DNA of 64,000 nucleotides from Cyanophora paradoxa CCMP329 (lineage: Eukaryota; Plantae; Glaucophyta). Positions within the stretch are counted from its first letter, which is position 1, and each line of letters starts with the position of its first letter. Under the pieces are notes generated by a model that was given only the letters and a program-made list of their open reading frames with translations, searched no databases and had not been told where the DNA came from. Made by a program: the position numbers and the translations under genes. This document shows, one piece after another, positions 25,747 to 37,800 of this stretch. The stretch lies in assembly GCA_004431415.1 (NCBI GenBank), contig QPMI01000101.1, positions 124,001 to 188,000 of the forward strand, given 5' to 3'.

Positions 25747-26832
25747 AAGCAAGCTGGAACCAATGACAATCGCGCTTGTCCGTGAATGGGTGAATTGATC
25801 ATGACTTTTTGTGCCAATGGCGATCGGGCTTCACGCGAACAATTTCGTTCGTACGTGCTGTTAGTGCATGTTAGAGGTGTCACATTTGAAAAGCAGCGCC
25901 GCCATCGTGCTCCCTAGGGTCGAAAATGGGTACCTAGGTCCAAAAAGTTTGACCTGAATCGCATTTTGAATTTACGGACAGGATAGCAACAGACCTAAGG
26001 GCCTCTCCTTTCCCCAAGGCCGACTTGCTGGTCCGAGACTCGATCTGGCTCCGAGCTCCTGCGCATGCGAGTTTGGAATGTGGTTTTTTTCGGCACCCCT
26101 GCAGCGGCTGGCCCCCCATCTAGCCTTGAACCGGGTACCCTTGAGCGAGCTGCCACTGCCTGCCAGCCATCGATCGGCGCCGGCGCTTCCACCGGTGACG
26201 CGTCCTGACTCGAGTAAGCGGGAAGCTGCAGGCCGGGGTATACGTACGTGCAGTGGTCAAAGCTGCTCATGAGCTCGAGCGCTTCGACGTCGACACGCGA
26301 ATGCGCATAGCATATATAGGGTAGCAGCGCGTGGCGCGCCAGCTGCAGCGCCGGCGCGCGCGGCGCCGGCGAGCCTCGATCGCGAGGCCCGCGCAGGCCT
26401 AGCTATAGGCCGCGGACGGCGCCTAGGCGCACGCTATATATCGATTTCGTCGTGCTATAGCTAGCGCTTGTCGACGTCGGAGTGCTGCGCCTTCAACAAA
26501 AGACGGCAGGTACTAGTACAGTCTCCTGGAATGCGAAAATCACTGCGGCTATCACATGTACATGTACAGTATCATAGTATGGCCACAGTATGGGTACTTC
26601 TAGCTTACATGAACTTCGGGACTCTCGGAAAATTGGGGGGTCCGGATCCGATATTCCGTGAAACTCGGTGACCACTGCACCTGGCCGCTGGCCGGTCGAC
26701 TCGCGGCAAGCTGGACGATGCACATGAAGCTGTGCGCCGAGGCAAGAGCGTCGGACGGCCGGGGGCCGAGGGCCGAGGGCGAGGGCGAGCTGCCCCGGGC
26801 CCCTTTCCGGGGGGCGGCCCGGGCGGGGTGGA

Positions 26833-27704
26833 TCAATGGGGCCGAAGTGTTGGGACCTGAGCTGATGGGATCCGTGGTGAGGCTCGCTGCGCGCTGCCCG
26901 CTGGCACTGCAAACGATCCTCCGCCCGCGGCCCGGTGGTGGTGCGCGCGCGAAGTGATCCGCCGCAGCGAGGGTTGACGGGGAGCTTCTGGAGATCGCGC
27001 GTGCAAATCATCAGGGGCCCGCCGCCCCCGCGAACGTGCCGAGGTCCACGAAAGAGAACCAGATGGTCCCCTTGCACGCCAGGCGCTCGCGGACGTGCAC
27101 AGAGCCAGTCAGAACCCCTGCGCGACGGCGCGGGGGCGTGCGTGAGCAGCTGGATTGCCGAATGGAGGTCGGTCGAGGCTACGCGAGCACCGAGCTTTCT
27201 CGCCTTCACGCCTAGCAGCTCGGCGTCGACAACAAGTTCATCGCCGGTCGCTGCGGGCGCCCGTCTGCTTCGCATGCGGACGCGCGCAGCCCCGGCCTAC
27301 GCACCCGGCTCGAGGCCACTGAACTGAACGTCCTTCATCGCGGAGAAGACGGGCAGGAGGCGCGCGTACTCTGGCATCTGACGCACGATGAGGGAGCCCG
27401 CCTGCGCGATCGCTGCGGCCTGCGTCACGCGACCAGCTGCACGAAAGCTGCGGCGGCAGCGTGCCGCACCCTCGACGAGCAGCATCTGCTCGAACGGGAC
27501 CTCTTCCGGGAGCACGGTGCGGAGCGCCTTCACGCGTTTACCGTACACGTTCTCCACGCAGCGGTCCACATACAGGAATGGCGGCTTCTGCTCCAGAAGC
27601 CGCAGCACGTCCGCCCGCTCCAGCACGGGCGGCACCGCAGGCGCCGAATAGGCAGCACACCGCGCCGCCGCCCACGGGCCGCGACGGGCGAGGACGGAGA
27701 ACAT
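26833..27704 (-). CDS. FabZ-like hotdog-fold 3-hydroxyacyl-ACP dehydratase homolog, probably mitochondrial
   Basis: MFSVLARRG.. presequence-like start; LLEQKPPFLYVDRC, LLVE|AIAQAG, FSAMKDVQF, GDELVVDAEL, VRERLACKGTIWFSF. Last exon and stop uncertain. Confidence 0.7.
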
Positions 27705-27849
27705 ATTGAAAGTTCCGATGGGTACAGCTGCGGACGCATGCGCACTTGAGGAATTGACTTGAGGCCGGCCTTTTCAGTTGTGTTCTCGTATCCCGTTTGA
27801 GATCTACTAGCAGTCGAGAGCAGTCGGCGTCGATGCATGTGAGGGGGCG

Positions 27850-29419
27850 ATGAGGAAGGCTCCAACGCGAAAGTGTAAGTGCGCTATGATCCGTTGTAGC
27901 CTGCACTGATCCCACTTGCCCGCACAGCGCTTCCGAGCGGAGGTGAACCTGGGCCTCGCGGGCCGCAATTGCCCGAGCCCCGCCTCTCGCCCGGCCCCTA
28001 TCGTTGGGCTGAGCGCGCGCCCTCAGATGGCGGCGCCACGATCGCACAAGCCCGGGAGATCGCCGAGCAGCTGATCCAGGACGCCCTGACGCCGCTGAAG
28101 AAGTCCATTGCGGCCCTCACGCTCCGCGTTGGCGAGCTCGAGGCCGGTGCGGCCGCCGCTGCCGCGCGAGGCACTTCTTTGCTTAGCTGCACGCAGCGGT
28201 CTCCCGAAGCGGGCCGAGCGCGCCCGCACCCTCCGCGCCCTCACCGCCGCCGTACTCCCGTGCGACCGCCCACGGGACGGCGCCGAGCCGCGCGAGGGCG
28301 GACGGGACGCACCTGCCGGAGCTGCGGCGGCAGGCGTACACGCACCCGCCGGCGCTGGAGCGTGCACCTCAGCCACTGGCGGAGGAGCCGGCGGCCGACC
28401 CGCCCTGGGAGTTCTTCATCGAGTCCACCATCTCGGGCGCTACCCTGAAAGTGCAGGTCCGCGCTCTGCACCCGGCACCCAGCTTTCAGCTCCGGATCCG
28501 ACCGAGCGCGCCGCGCAGGTGCAGCCGACGAACACGGTACTGGAGCTGAAGGAGTGGATCGAGGGTGAGGAGGGCGTACCCGTCAGCGAGCAGGCGCGCC
28601 GAGCCGCCCTACGGGTGCACTCCGCGCCATCCGACCCCCTTCCCTCCCCCCGCAGGTCATTACCTTCGAGGGGCGGCCGCTGGGCGACCGGCGGCAGCTG
28701 GCCGAGTGCGGGGTACACCCCTCCGCCGTCCTGCAGGCGCGCCGCCCGCCCCTTGCGCTCCCCTGCCTGTACCCCTCACCAAGCAGCGCGACCACAGCTG
28801 TCCTCCATCTCAAAGGCGCCCGAGAAGAATTTCATCCGGTAACCCCTTCGATGCTCGAGCCCGCCGGTACCGCAATCAATATCCGGCACCCCCCCGCGCA
28901 GGTTCGAGGTTCGAGCGCCGGACCTGACCATGTACAACTTCCGCGCCCGGGACACTACGACGGTGCTCGCTCCCCGCCCGCCCCCCCCTCCGATCCTGCG
29001 CCCTCCCCCACTCCCCCCCCCCCCCCCCCCCCCCCCCCCACCCCCCCCACCCCACCCCACCCCACCCACCCACCCCACCCCCACCCCACCCGCCAACCCA
29101 AACCCCAACCCGGGGGGCTGCAGGCGGGCAAGATTTTGGACAAGCTCGTGTCGCGGCTCAACGTAAACTGGGACAAGGGCAAGTGGGACAAGTGCGCGAC
29201 GCGCCGGGGCGCCTTGCACGGCCTCTGACGTGCGGGGACAGGCGGCTCTCGGCCCAGCTGGCGGGGCAGCTGCACCTCGAGCCGAGCGGCCTCGTCCTCT
29301 TCAGCCCCGACGGGCAGCAGATGCGCCCCGCCTCGCAGCTCCGCGAGTACCGCATCACCGACGGCGCCGTCCTCTTCCTCCAGCTCGCGGAGCGCAACCC
29401 CGCCCCGCCACAGGACTGA
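27850..29419 (+). CDS. Protein with N-terminal coiled coil and two ubiquitin-like domains
   Basis: Spliced WEFFIESTISGATLKVQ|VQPTNTVLELKEWIEGEEGVPVSEQ|VITFEGRPLGDRRQLAECGV; second UBL ending LVLFSPDGQQMRPASQLREYRITDGAVLFLQL. Confidence 0.72.
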
Positions 29420-30065
29420 GGCCCCGGCCCCGGGGCCGGGCCGCCCCTCCCCTCTCCGCCCTCCACCTAACTTTATTTATTTTGCCCGTCGAGTCTTAAT
29501 TAGAATCGGCCGCCGATTGCGATGCCGCGATTGCATTCCCCTTCATTTCTGGCCGTGGGGAAGACCGCATTTGTTTTCCTCGTCGAATTCTCATCCGAAT
29601 TCATGTCCAAACCGACCTGCTCTTAATCTCAGCGCCCGGGATTCCGGGATCTGATTCGTTGGAGATCCAGAACTTATATATATGATCGTGAGCATTAAGT
29701 CGAACCGTTGGACGTTACCGTCGACTCATAATTGAATTAAATATTTAATACACATACATGGCTCAACAATGCGACTATTCGAGCTCCTGCCCCATGTCGA
29801 CTTCAGACTCTGTCAACGTCAGTGTTTCTGCCCCCCTCCCGTCCCAAATTTACAGCCTGGCAGCTACTGCGCCGCAGGCTACAGCTAGAGCTGCAGCTGT
29901 AGCTATAGCTATAACTACAGCAGTGCAGGATGTTTTCGCCGCGCTGAGATTGATCACAAATCATTCAAACAAATTCGTGAACCGAGCAGGCGGCAGTACT
30001 GGTTAATCTCAATTGCATACTAGAATTCGAAGGCTCGAAGGGTGTGGAAACAAAAACCAACGAGG

Positions 30066-33000
30066 TCAAAACGCGAGCGGACGGGCGGGACCCGGGGGGG
30101 GCATGGGGAGGCGCTGGCTGTACATGTAGCCGGCGGGGAGGAATCGGCCCGGGGGCGGCGGCGGGGGCGCGCGGCCGGGGCCGCCGGGGAGCCCCCACGA
30201 GGCGGGGGCGCCGGCGGCCGAGGAGAGGGCGTCGGGCCGGTGGGGGCGGCGGACGAGGCAGGCCGTGGCGATGGTCCCCACGAGGAGCAGGAGCAGCGCC
30301 CCGCAGAGCAGGAACGCCCACAGGGGTGCCTCCCTCGAGCCCGAGGGCGGGTACGCCGGCGTTGCGATGGCGGCCGAGCGCTGCACGGCGGCGGGGGGGG
30401 CGGGGGGGAGGGAGGGGGCGGGGGCGGCGGGGGCGGCGAGGGACTGGAGGGCGGACGGCTCCGCCTCTTCGAACATCTGAGCGAAGTACGCGAAGCCTCC
30501 CAGGAACCACGAGACCTCCCGGCCCTGCCGGGGGGTGCAACGGTCGCGCTGGAGGAGAGTCGCAGCGCAGGGGCGTGCGGCGGGTACTGGGGTACAGGGA
30601 TACGGGGCCGCGAACCTCGACGGAGCTTGCGAAGATGACGGGGGTATCGGGGTTCACGCGGAGGCCCGAGGTGAGGACCTGCGGGGGGTGAGCTAGTGGG
30701 CGGGTACCGCATTTGACGCGGGGATACCGCACCTCGTAGACGTAGACGGTCGAAAAGGCGTCGCCCTAACGCGAGGAGGGCGTTAGGGCGGGCGGACGAG
30801 GGGGGTGCGCGGGGAGCGCACGTAGGGGCCGGCGGAGGCGGCTAAGGCGCTGCCGCCCAACGAAAGGAGCGCGCCGGCGCGGCGGAGGAGGCACGAAGGG
30901 GTGCTCTCCCCCGCGCAGCCCGCCGCCTGCGCCACCCTGCGGGGCGACTAAGAGAGGGCTACATGGATTCCGAGGGGAGGGTACGCCGCACTCCGCGAAG
31001 AGGCCGACGGCGTAGAGGCGCTGCCCGGCGTCCCAGCGTGGCTGAGGGGGCGCATCGGGCCCCACGAGAGGGCGCCGGCTCGCGGCCAAGGGGGAGCGGA
31101 CCTGGAAGGACCCGAACATGGCGCACGGCGGCGCCGCGCAGAACGCGTCGAGCCTGGGGCGGGGGGTGGGGGGGTGAGGGGGTACGGGCGGGGGTGCGGG
31201 GGTGCGGGGGCGCGGACGCGAGGAGGGAGGAGCGGAGGTCGGCGCGGCAGCGCTCGAGGTCGGGGCGCCCCGAGGGCGAGCACGCCGCCTCCGCCGTCGC
31301 GTTGCCGGGGGCGCCGGCGAGGCGCTGGCCGTAGCGGGCGCGGGCGGCGTCGAGGCCAAGGGAGTGGTAGGAGAGGGCGTAGAGGTCGAAGACCGTCCCG
31401 TTCGCCACCAGCGGGAACGCGTGCGCCGCCGGGCTCTCCCCGGGCAGCGCCGCCACCTGCCGGGGGCGGGTCGGGGGCGGAGGGCGCGGGAGGGGGGAGC
31501 CGGCGCGGGGGGGCGGACGCGGAGGGAGGCGGGGCGGAGGTCGGCGACGGCGGCGTGGCGGGCCCCGTCCTCGGCGTCGTAGAGGGCCCCCAGGAGCCAG
31601 TTCGCGTGCAGCCAGGCCATCGCCGCTGCGTCCCGCCCTTTTCGCTCAGAAGGAGGGGGAGGGGGAGGGCGGGGTGGCAGGGCGGGCGCCTTCGGCGGGG
31701 CCGGAGAGGAAGCGCTCGACGGGCTCCGGGCAGACGCGGCCGGGGCGGAGGCGCCGGCGAGGCCCTTGACGGCGGCCCGCGCCAGCAGCCGCAGCCGCCC
31801 GCCCTCGCCCCGCTCCGCCAGCGCGCCCCGCAGCGCCGACGAGGCCTGCCGCCGCGTCAGAAGCGCGGCGCGCGGCGGCCCGAAGCGGAGCGGCGGGGCG
31901 CACCCATAGGCTGACGCGGACGCAGGGCTCGCCCGGGGCGGCAGCGGCGAGGCCGAGAGCGGCGGCGGCGCGGCGGAGGGGCTCGTCGAGGAGTAGCGAG
32001 GGGCGGGGGCCTCGAGGGCGGAGGGGCCGGCGGGGAAGGTGCCGAGGGGCTCGACGGAGCCGAAGCGGCCGCGCACGTACAGCACGGGGACGACCTCGGT
32101 CCGCTCCCGCCCCGCCACGACGAGCACGGCGGGGCGGCGGGGGCCCTCGGGGGCCGCCCCGCCCGCCCCGGCAGCGCCAGCGGCAGCGAGACCGCCGCCG
32201 GCGGCACCACGATCGAGTTCGCCTGCGCGCCGCAGGAGTTGGCGCGAGCCGGGCGGGGGTCGGGGGCGGGGGGGAGGGGCGGGGGAGCGTGGCGCGCCTC
32301 GAACATAGCGGCGCCGAAGGCCCAGCCGAGCTCGACGCCGGCGACGCGGTCCACCACAAAGAGCGCCCGCGAGGCCGGCACCCGCAGCCCCGACACGATG
32401 GCCCTGCCCGAGGCGCGAGGGGCTGAGGCGCCGGCACGGGCACACTGCGGCGGCGGCGCGCACTCGTGGCAGAAGAGGGCGGAGAAGAGGAGTCCCGGGA
32501 CGAACTCGGGGGGGCAGCCGGCGGCCTGGAGGCGGGCGGAGGCCTCGGGGGCGGGGAGGAGGGCGAGGGCGGCGGCCTTGGCGTAGAAGCAGGCGGGGGA
32601 GGTCTCGTTGAGGCACCCCAGCGGCCGCCCGATGTTCGAGAAGGTCGCCCACGCGTCTGCCCCCGCCCCCGTCAGCGTCCCCCGCCCCACGCCCCCGGCC
32701 CTGTCTTCGCCCGTGGCGCACAGATCGGGATCTCCGGCGGGAGCGCCGGCGCGTGCTCCCCGTTCATTCCGCACGGGGGCGCCGCGCAGGCGCCCTCGCC
32801 GCTGCGCGCGGCACCGGATCGGGCGCAAGGCCCGGGATGGCGAAGGGGGTGGGAGGCGGAAGGGGGAACCCGATGATGAGGCGGCGAATGTCGGCGGCGC
32901 AGAGGGCGGCGTTGCCCGTACCCCTCAGCCGCACGGAGGAGCCCTGCGGAAGCGGCTCGCGGGGCTGCCACTGGACGGGGTGCGGGGGAGGGTGGGGCGG

Positions 33001-34411
33001 ACGGGTCCGAGGGGCACGGTGGCCTCGAGGGCGGCCCACTGGCAGGGGTCGTCGGCGGCGGCCAGGCCCCGCTGCTGCGCCTCCCGCGCCACCGCCTCCC
33101 GGTACCTGCGCGGGGGGCCCCCTCGTCGCCGTCTCTCCGGATCGGGAGGGAAGGGGGGGGCGGGATGGCGCGTAGCGCCGCACCGATTCTCCGCCGCATC
33201 CCGCCCGAACTGCAGCTGCGGGGTGCGGCCGATCAGATCGGCTCAGGGGGATAGAAGCTGTGACTCACGTAGCTGTGGCTGTACAGCGGGTAGAGCGTTT
33301 CCCCGAGCCGCAGGGGGAACTGCGCCGGGGGCATGGGCGCGGGGCACGAGACGGGGGCGCGGTGGGGCGCGTGCACGCGCCTCGTTCGCGATCGGCGGCT
33401 CCACCGGCTCGTACGTGATCTGCGGGTGCGGATTTCGAAGGTCAAGGTTCGCGGTACCCGGGGGGCGTCGGCGCCGAGGGACCTGCAGGGAGCCGCCGCC
33501 CATGTCGAGGGCGGCTGCGGTGCGGCCGGCGCCGTCCTCGCCGACGGTCCCCAGCAGGTGGTTGAGGGCGAGCCACCCGAAGACGCCCTCGTGGGGGCCC
33601 GAGATCACCTGCCCCGGGGCCCCCCCGCTCGGCCGCACCGCCGGGCGCGGCTCGAGCGGCGGGCGCGCTCGCCTGCGCCTGGCGCCGCCTGAACGCGTAG
33701 GGGCAGGCCGAGCGGTTCGAGAGGAAGGCGCGCGCCGCCTCCAGCAGGCGCCGCGCCTGCCGGCGACCCCGCCCGAGTCAGTGCGAACAGAGCGGCGGGC
33801 GCGGCGCGGCGTGCCCGAGCGTCCTCGAGCATGCGGAGGCCCGCGGTTGCGTACAGGAAGAGCGGCGTCGCCTCCGCCTCCGCCTCGGGCACGAAGCCCT
33901 GCGCCGCCGCCGCGTTCGGCGTGGCGCGAGGAGCGGCGCCGTGGCGCTTTGCCGACGGGCACGCACCGACGCCCTCGAAAGGAGGTCCGCAAGGTAGGGA
34001 GCCACCTGCTCCGGCTCCAGGCTGCTGAGTCCGGGCCGGACCTAGGAGGAGATCAAATCAAAAGTGTCAGCCCGAGGCGCGGCGACGGGCCTTTGCCGAG
34101 GTGACGCCAGGAGCGAGCGGCCGGGCGAAGATCTGTGGCGCGGGTCAGCGGGCGCGGCCCGAGCGCGGTCGGAGCAGGCAGGCGGCTGCGCGCCTTGGTC
34201 GGATCGAGCCGGAGCTCGTCTGCATCATACTCGAAGCCTGCGTACGCTCTTAGGCCGCCAGAAACGCCGCCGAGCCGCCCAACTAACCGGATATGCGAGA
34301 CCCGGACGACCCAGCGTCCACGACGAGCAGCTTGGCCCTCGGCGCGGCAGTAACGGCGGTAACGGCGGCTACGAGAAGCACAACCGCCAGAGAGGCGGCC
34401 GGCCCACGCAT
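30066..34411 (-). CDS. GDA1/CD39 family NTPDase (apyrase) with a second degenerate NTPDase domain and C-terminal TM helix
   Basis: Signal peptide, then VVDAGSSGSRI, LYATAGLRML, ISGPHEGVFGWLALNHLLG, ALDMGGGSLQITY, ELGWAFGA; second copy LLARAAVKGL, GRDAAAMAWLHANWLLG, VADLRPASLRV, FDLYALSYHSLGLDAAR; TM LWAFLLCGALLLLLVGTIATACLV. Confidence 0.87.
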
Positions 34412-34816
34412 CGCGCCCCCGGAACTTCGGAAAGTTGCGAACGAAGTGAATTGCGGCAGCGGTAGCCGCCATGCTCGACCTAGAGCGCTGGACGCCGCCA
34501 GCTGCAGGACGCGTACGCGTAGCAGCTTGAAGCGCCAAGCGAACGCCGTTTGGACGCCGCTGGATCTCTGAAGCGCTAGCGCTAGCGCCACGCGAACGCC
34601 GCGGCCGCTGCCACAACACCCGGCCCGGCGCGCGCAGGCCTAGGGCGCCCGCCGCCCGGCCGCGGGCCGGTTCACGGCTACAGGCTACTGCGTTCACTGC
34701 TACATGTACACATTGATGAAACTCGAACCACATGAAGAGCGGCCTCCAGGACTCTAGCTACCCCTATAGCTAGTAGACCCCAAATTAAAGGGAACTGCAG
34801 CTGCAGCTGCAGCATA

Positions 34817-37800
34817 TTATGACGACGTCGACCGACCGGCAGGCTCGGGCGCTGGCTCACTTTTCGGAGACCCGTCCTCATCTGAGCCCGAGGCGCGGCG
34901 CCGGCCCAGCGCCTCGCAGCGCTGAAGGGCGGCGACCAGCGCGTCCATCCGCACCGGCTCTGAGGCGTGGGCAGGGGGCGAGGCGGCTCAGGTCAGGTCA
35001 GCTCATCTCAGATCAGATCTGAGCGCACTGGGGAGGTAGTCCGACATCCCGCTCGCGAGGCAGTGCTCCCGGTCGCCCGCCATCGCATTCGCCGTCTGCG
35101 GAAGCCGTGCATTGAGCACAACTCAGTGCGGAGAGTGCTTAAAACTTGGCGATTTGGGGTCGTCCATTTTCGGATCTTCTAGATCTAGATCTTCGGGTAG
35201 TCGGCGATGGGGCGGGCGGGGCGCACGAGGGCGATGATGTAGGGGCGGCGAGCCTCGGGCAGCTCCGCCTTGATGCGCCGCGCCGCCGTCAGCCCGTCCA
35301 TCACTGCCCGCCCCCGCCCCGCCCCCTCAGCCCCGCCCCCGCCCGGGGCGGAGGAGGCGGGGCGGGGCGCGCCGGGCATCATGACGTCGAGGAGGAGGCA
35401 GTGGAACTGGCGCCCCGCGGCGGCCGCCGCGTGCACCGCCGCGAGCGCCTCGGCGCCGTTGCTCACGGCCTGCACCCGCGTGTACCCCCGCTTCTTGAGC
35501 ATCAGCAGCAGGATCTTCGTGTTGACCTGCGCGGGAGGCGACCCGTGAGCCGGCGTCGCCATCGGGGCGGGGCGGGGCGGCGCGGGGCGGCGCGGCGCGG
35601 CGCGGCGCGCCTCGACGTCCTCGGCGACCAGGATGCGCAGGTCGGACTCGGGGGGATGAAGGTGTCGCGGGAGGGGAGGGAGGGCCGCGCCGCCAGCGCC
35701 GACTCGAGCGTGAGCGCGCTCAGGCGCACGGAGAGGCGCCGCGCCGCGCCCGGGCTCGGCAACGGCGCCGCGATCGCCGCGAACACCGCCTCCACGACGG
35801 CGCGGGGCTTGGCGGGCTTGAGGACGGCCTCCGCGCAGGCCTGCGCGGAGTGAGCAGGGGAAAAGGAGCTCAGGGGAGGCGGGGGGCGGAGGAGAGGGGA
35901 CCTGGAGAATGGCGTCGTGGTCGGCCATGCCGCGCGCCACGAGGGCGACGCGGGGCACGTCGGCGAGGCGGCGCCAGGCCGGCGACGAGCCCTCCCCGGC
36001 AGCTGCCGCCCCCGCCGCGCCGGTCGGGGCCGGCAGGCACGGGCAGGCGGGGCCGGCGCACCGCGAAGCCGACGCCCGAGGCGGGCGGCGCCGTGTCGAG
36101 GATGCAGCAGTCGAGCGCCCCGTCGCAGCCGCCGCCGCCGCCGGGGTCGGAGTCGGAGTCAGGGGCGTCGGGGGGCGGGAGAGCGTCGACGGCGGCGCCG
36201 GCGTCCTCGAGCGCCTCCCGCAGCAGCGCCTGCCGCCGCCGTCGCCCCCCGTCCCGCCCCGCGCGCCGCGGCGGGCCCGGCCGGGAGCGCGCACCCGCGT
36301 GGCCGGCGACGGGCTCCAGACGGCGACGCGGCGGCCGGAGAGGGGCCAGCCAACCTCGTCGCTGATGGGCGGGGGCAGGGCGAGGGCGGCGGCGCCGTCG
36401 GTGATGGCGCGGGCGGGGAAGGTGACGAAGAAGGTCGAGCCGCGCCCGCGCTCGCTCTCGCAGCGCATGTCGCCCCCGAGCAGCACCGCCAGCTTCCGCG
36501 AGATGAACAGCCCCAGCCTGCGCCGGGGCTGAACAAAGAGGCGGGGGGGCCCGCGCGGGGACGCAGCGCACCCGGTGCCGCCGTACTGGCGGGAGTGGGA
36601 GGAGTCGACCTGGTAGAACCAGGAGAAGAGCTTCTGCTGGTCCTCCTCCGCGATACCGATCCCCGTGTCCCGGATCATGATGCACAGCTGCTCGCCCTCC
36701 ATCCGCGCCGTCAGCGACACCTCGCCCCGGCTCGTGAACTTGATCCCTGCCCGCGCGCCGGCGCTCAGCCGACTTCGCGAACATGGCGGTCGATTCTGGA
36801 CGCGAGGGCGGACCGTTGCCGAGGGTGTTGACGAGGATCTGGTTGAGGCGGGCGCCGTCGGTGTGGAGGAGGGCGGGGCAGTCGCGCGCGACGTGCCACG
36901 TGAGGTCGATGCCCTTCTGGGCCGCCGACGGGAACATGAGCTCCGTGGCCTGCGCGTGCGGCGAGAGGGCGTCAGGGGCGGGGCGCCGGCGCAGGCCGGC
37001 AGCCGGTCGCTCGCGCCTGCTCGAAGATCTCGCGGAGGACGACGGGGGCGCGCCGGATCTCGACCTTGTTGAACTCGAGCCGGCTCGTGTCCAGGATGTC
37101 CTTCAGGATGTTCAGCAGCGCCAGCGACGAGTTCTGCCGCCCTCCGCGTCAGAGGGGCCGCGAGCCGATCGCGCCGAGCCCGCTCAGGGCGCCCCTCGAG
37201 TGGCGCGCTCGCGCACGTGGATGATGGTGCAGAAGTCACGCTGCTGCGGGGAGAGCTCCGTGTCGAGAAGCAGCTCGCTCATGTTGCACAGCGCGTTCAT
37301 TCTACGGGGGGAAATCAACGAGGAGGGTGCGGCGGGGCGCGGGGCGGGGCGCACGGGGTGCGGATCTCGTGGGAGACCATGGCGAGGAACTGGCTCTTGG
37401 CGGCGCTCGCGGCGTCCGCCTCGCGCCGCGCCTCCTCCAGCGCCGCGTTCTGCGCACGGCCCGCGCGCTCAACCCGGCGACGGCGCCGGCGCCGCCGGCT
37501 CGGCGAGGGCGGGGCGGGGCCGGCGCGCCTGGCGGGCGAGCAGCTCCCGTTGCTCCGTCTCGTTCCGCAGCAGAACCGATTGCATGATCGCCACCCCGAT
37601 CTGTGCCGACGGCGCCGCCCCCCGTCAGCGTCAGGCGCGCTCACCGCCGCGAGGCGACACGTGTACTACTCGATATCCTCTATGTATCTAGTGCCGCTTC
37701 GGACCCCTGAGCGCCTGCTGGGGAGACGGCGTGTGTGGCCTTTCTTTCCTCCTGTCTACGCCCTGGCGTGTGCTCGACGAGCTCTCGGGGCACCTGCTCG

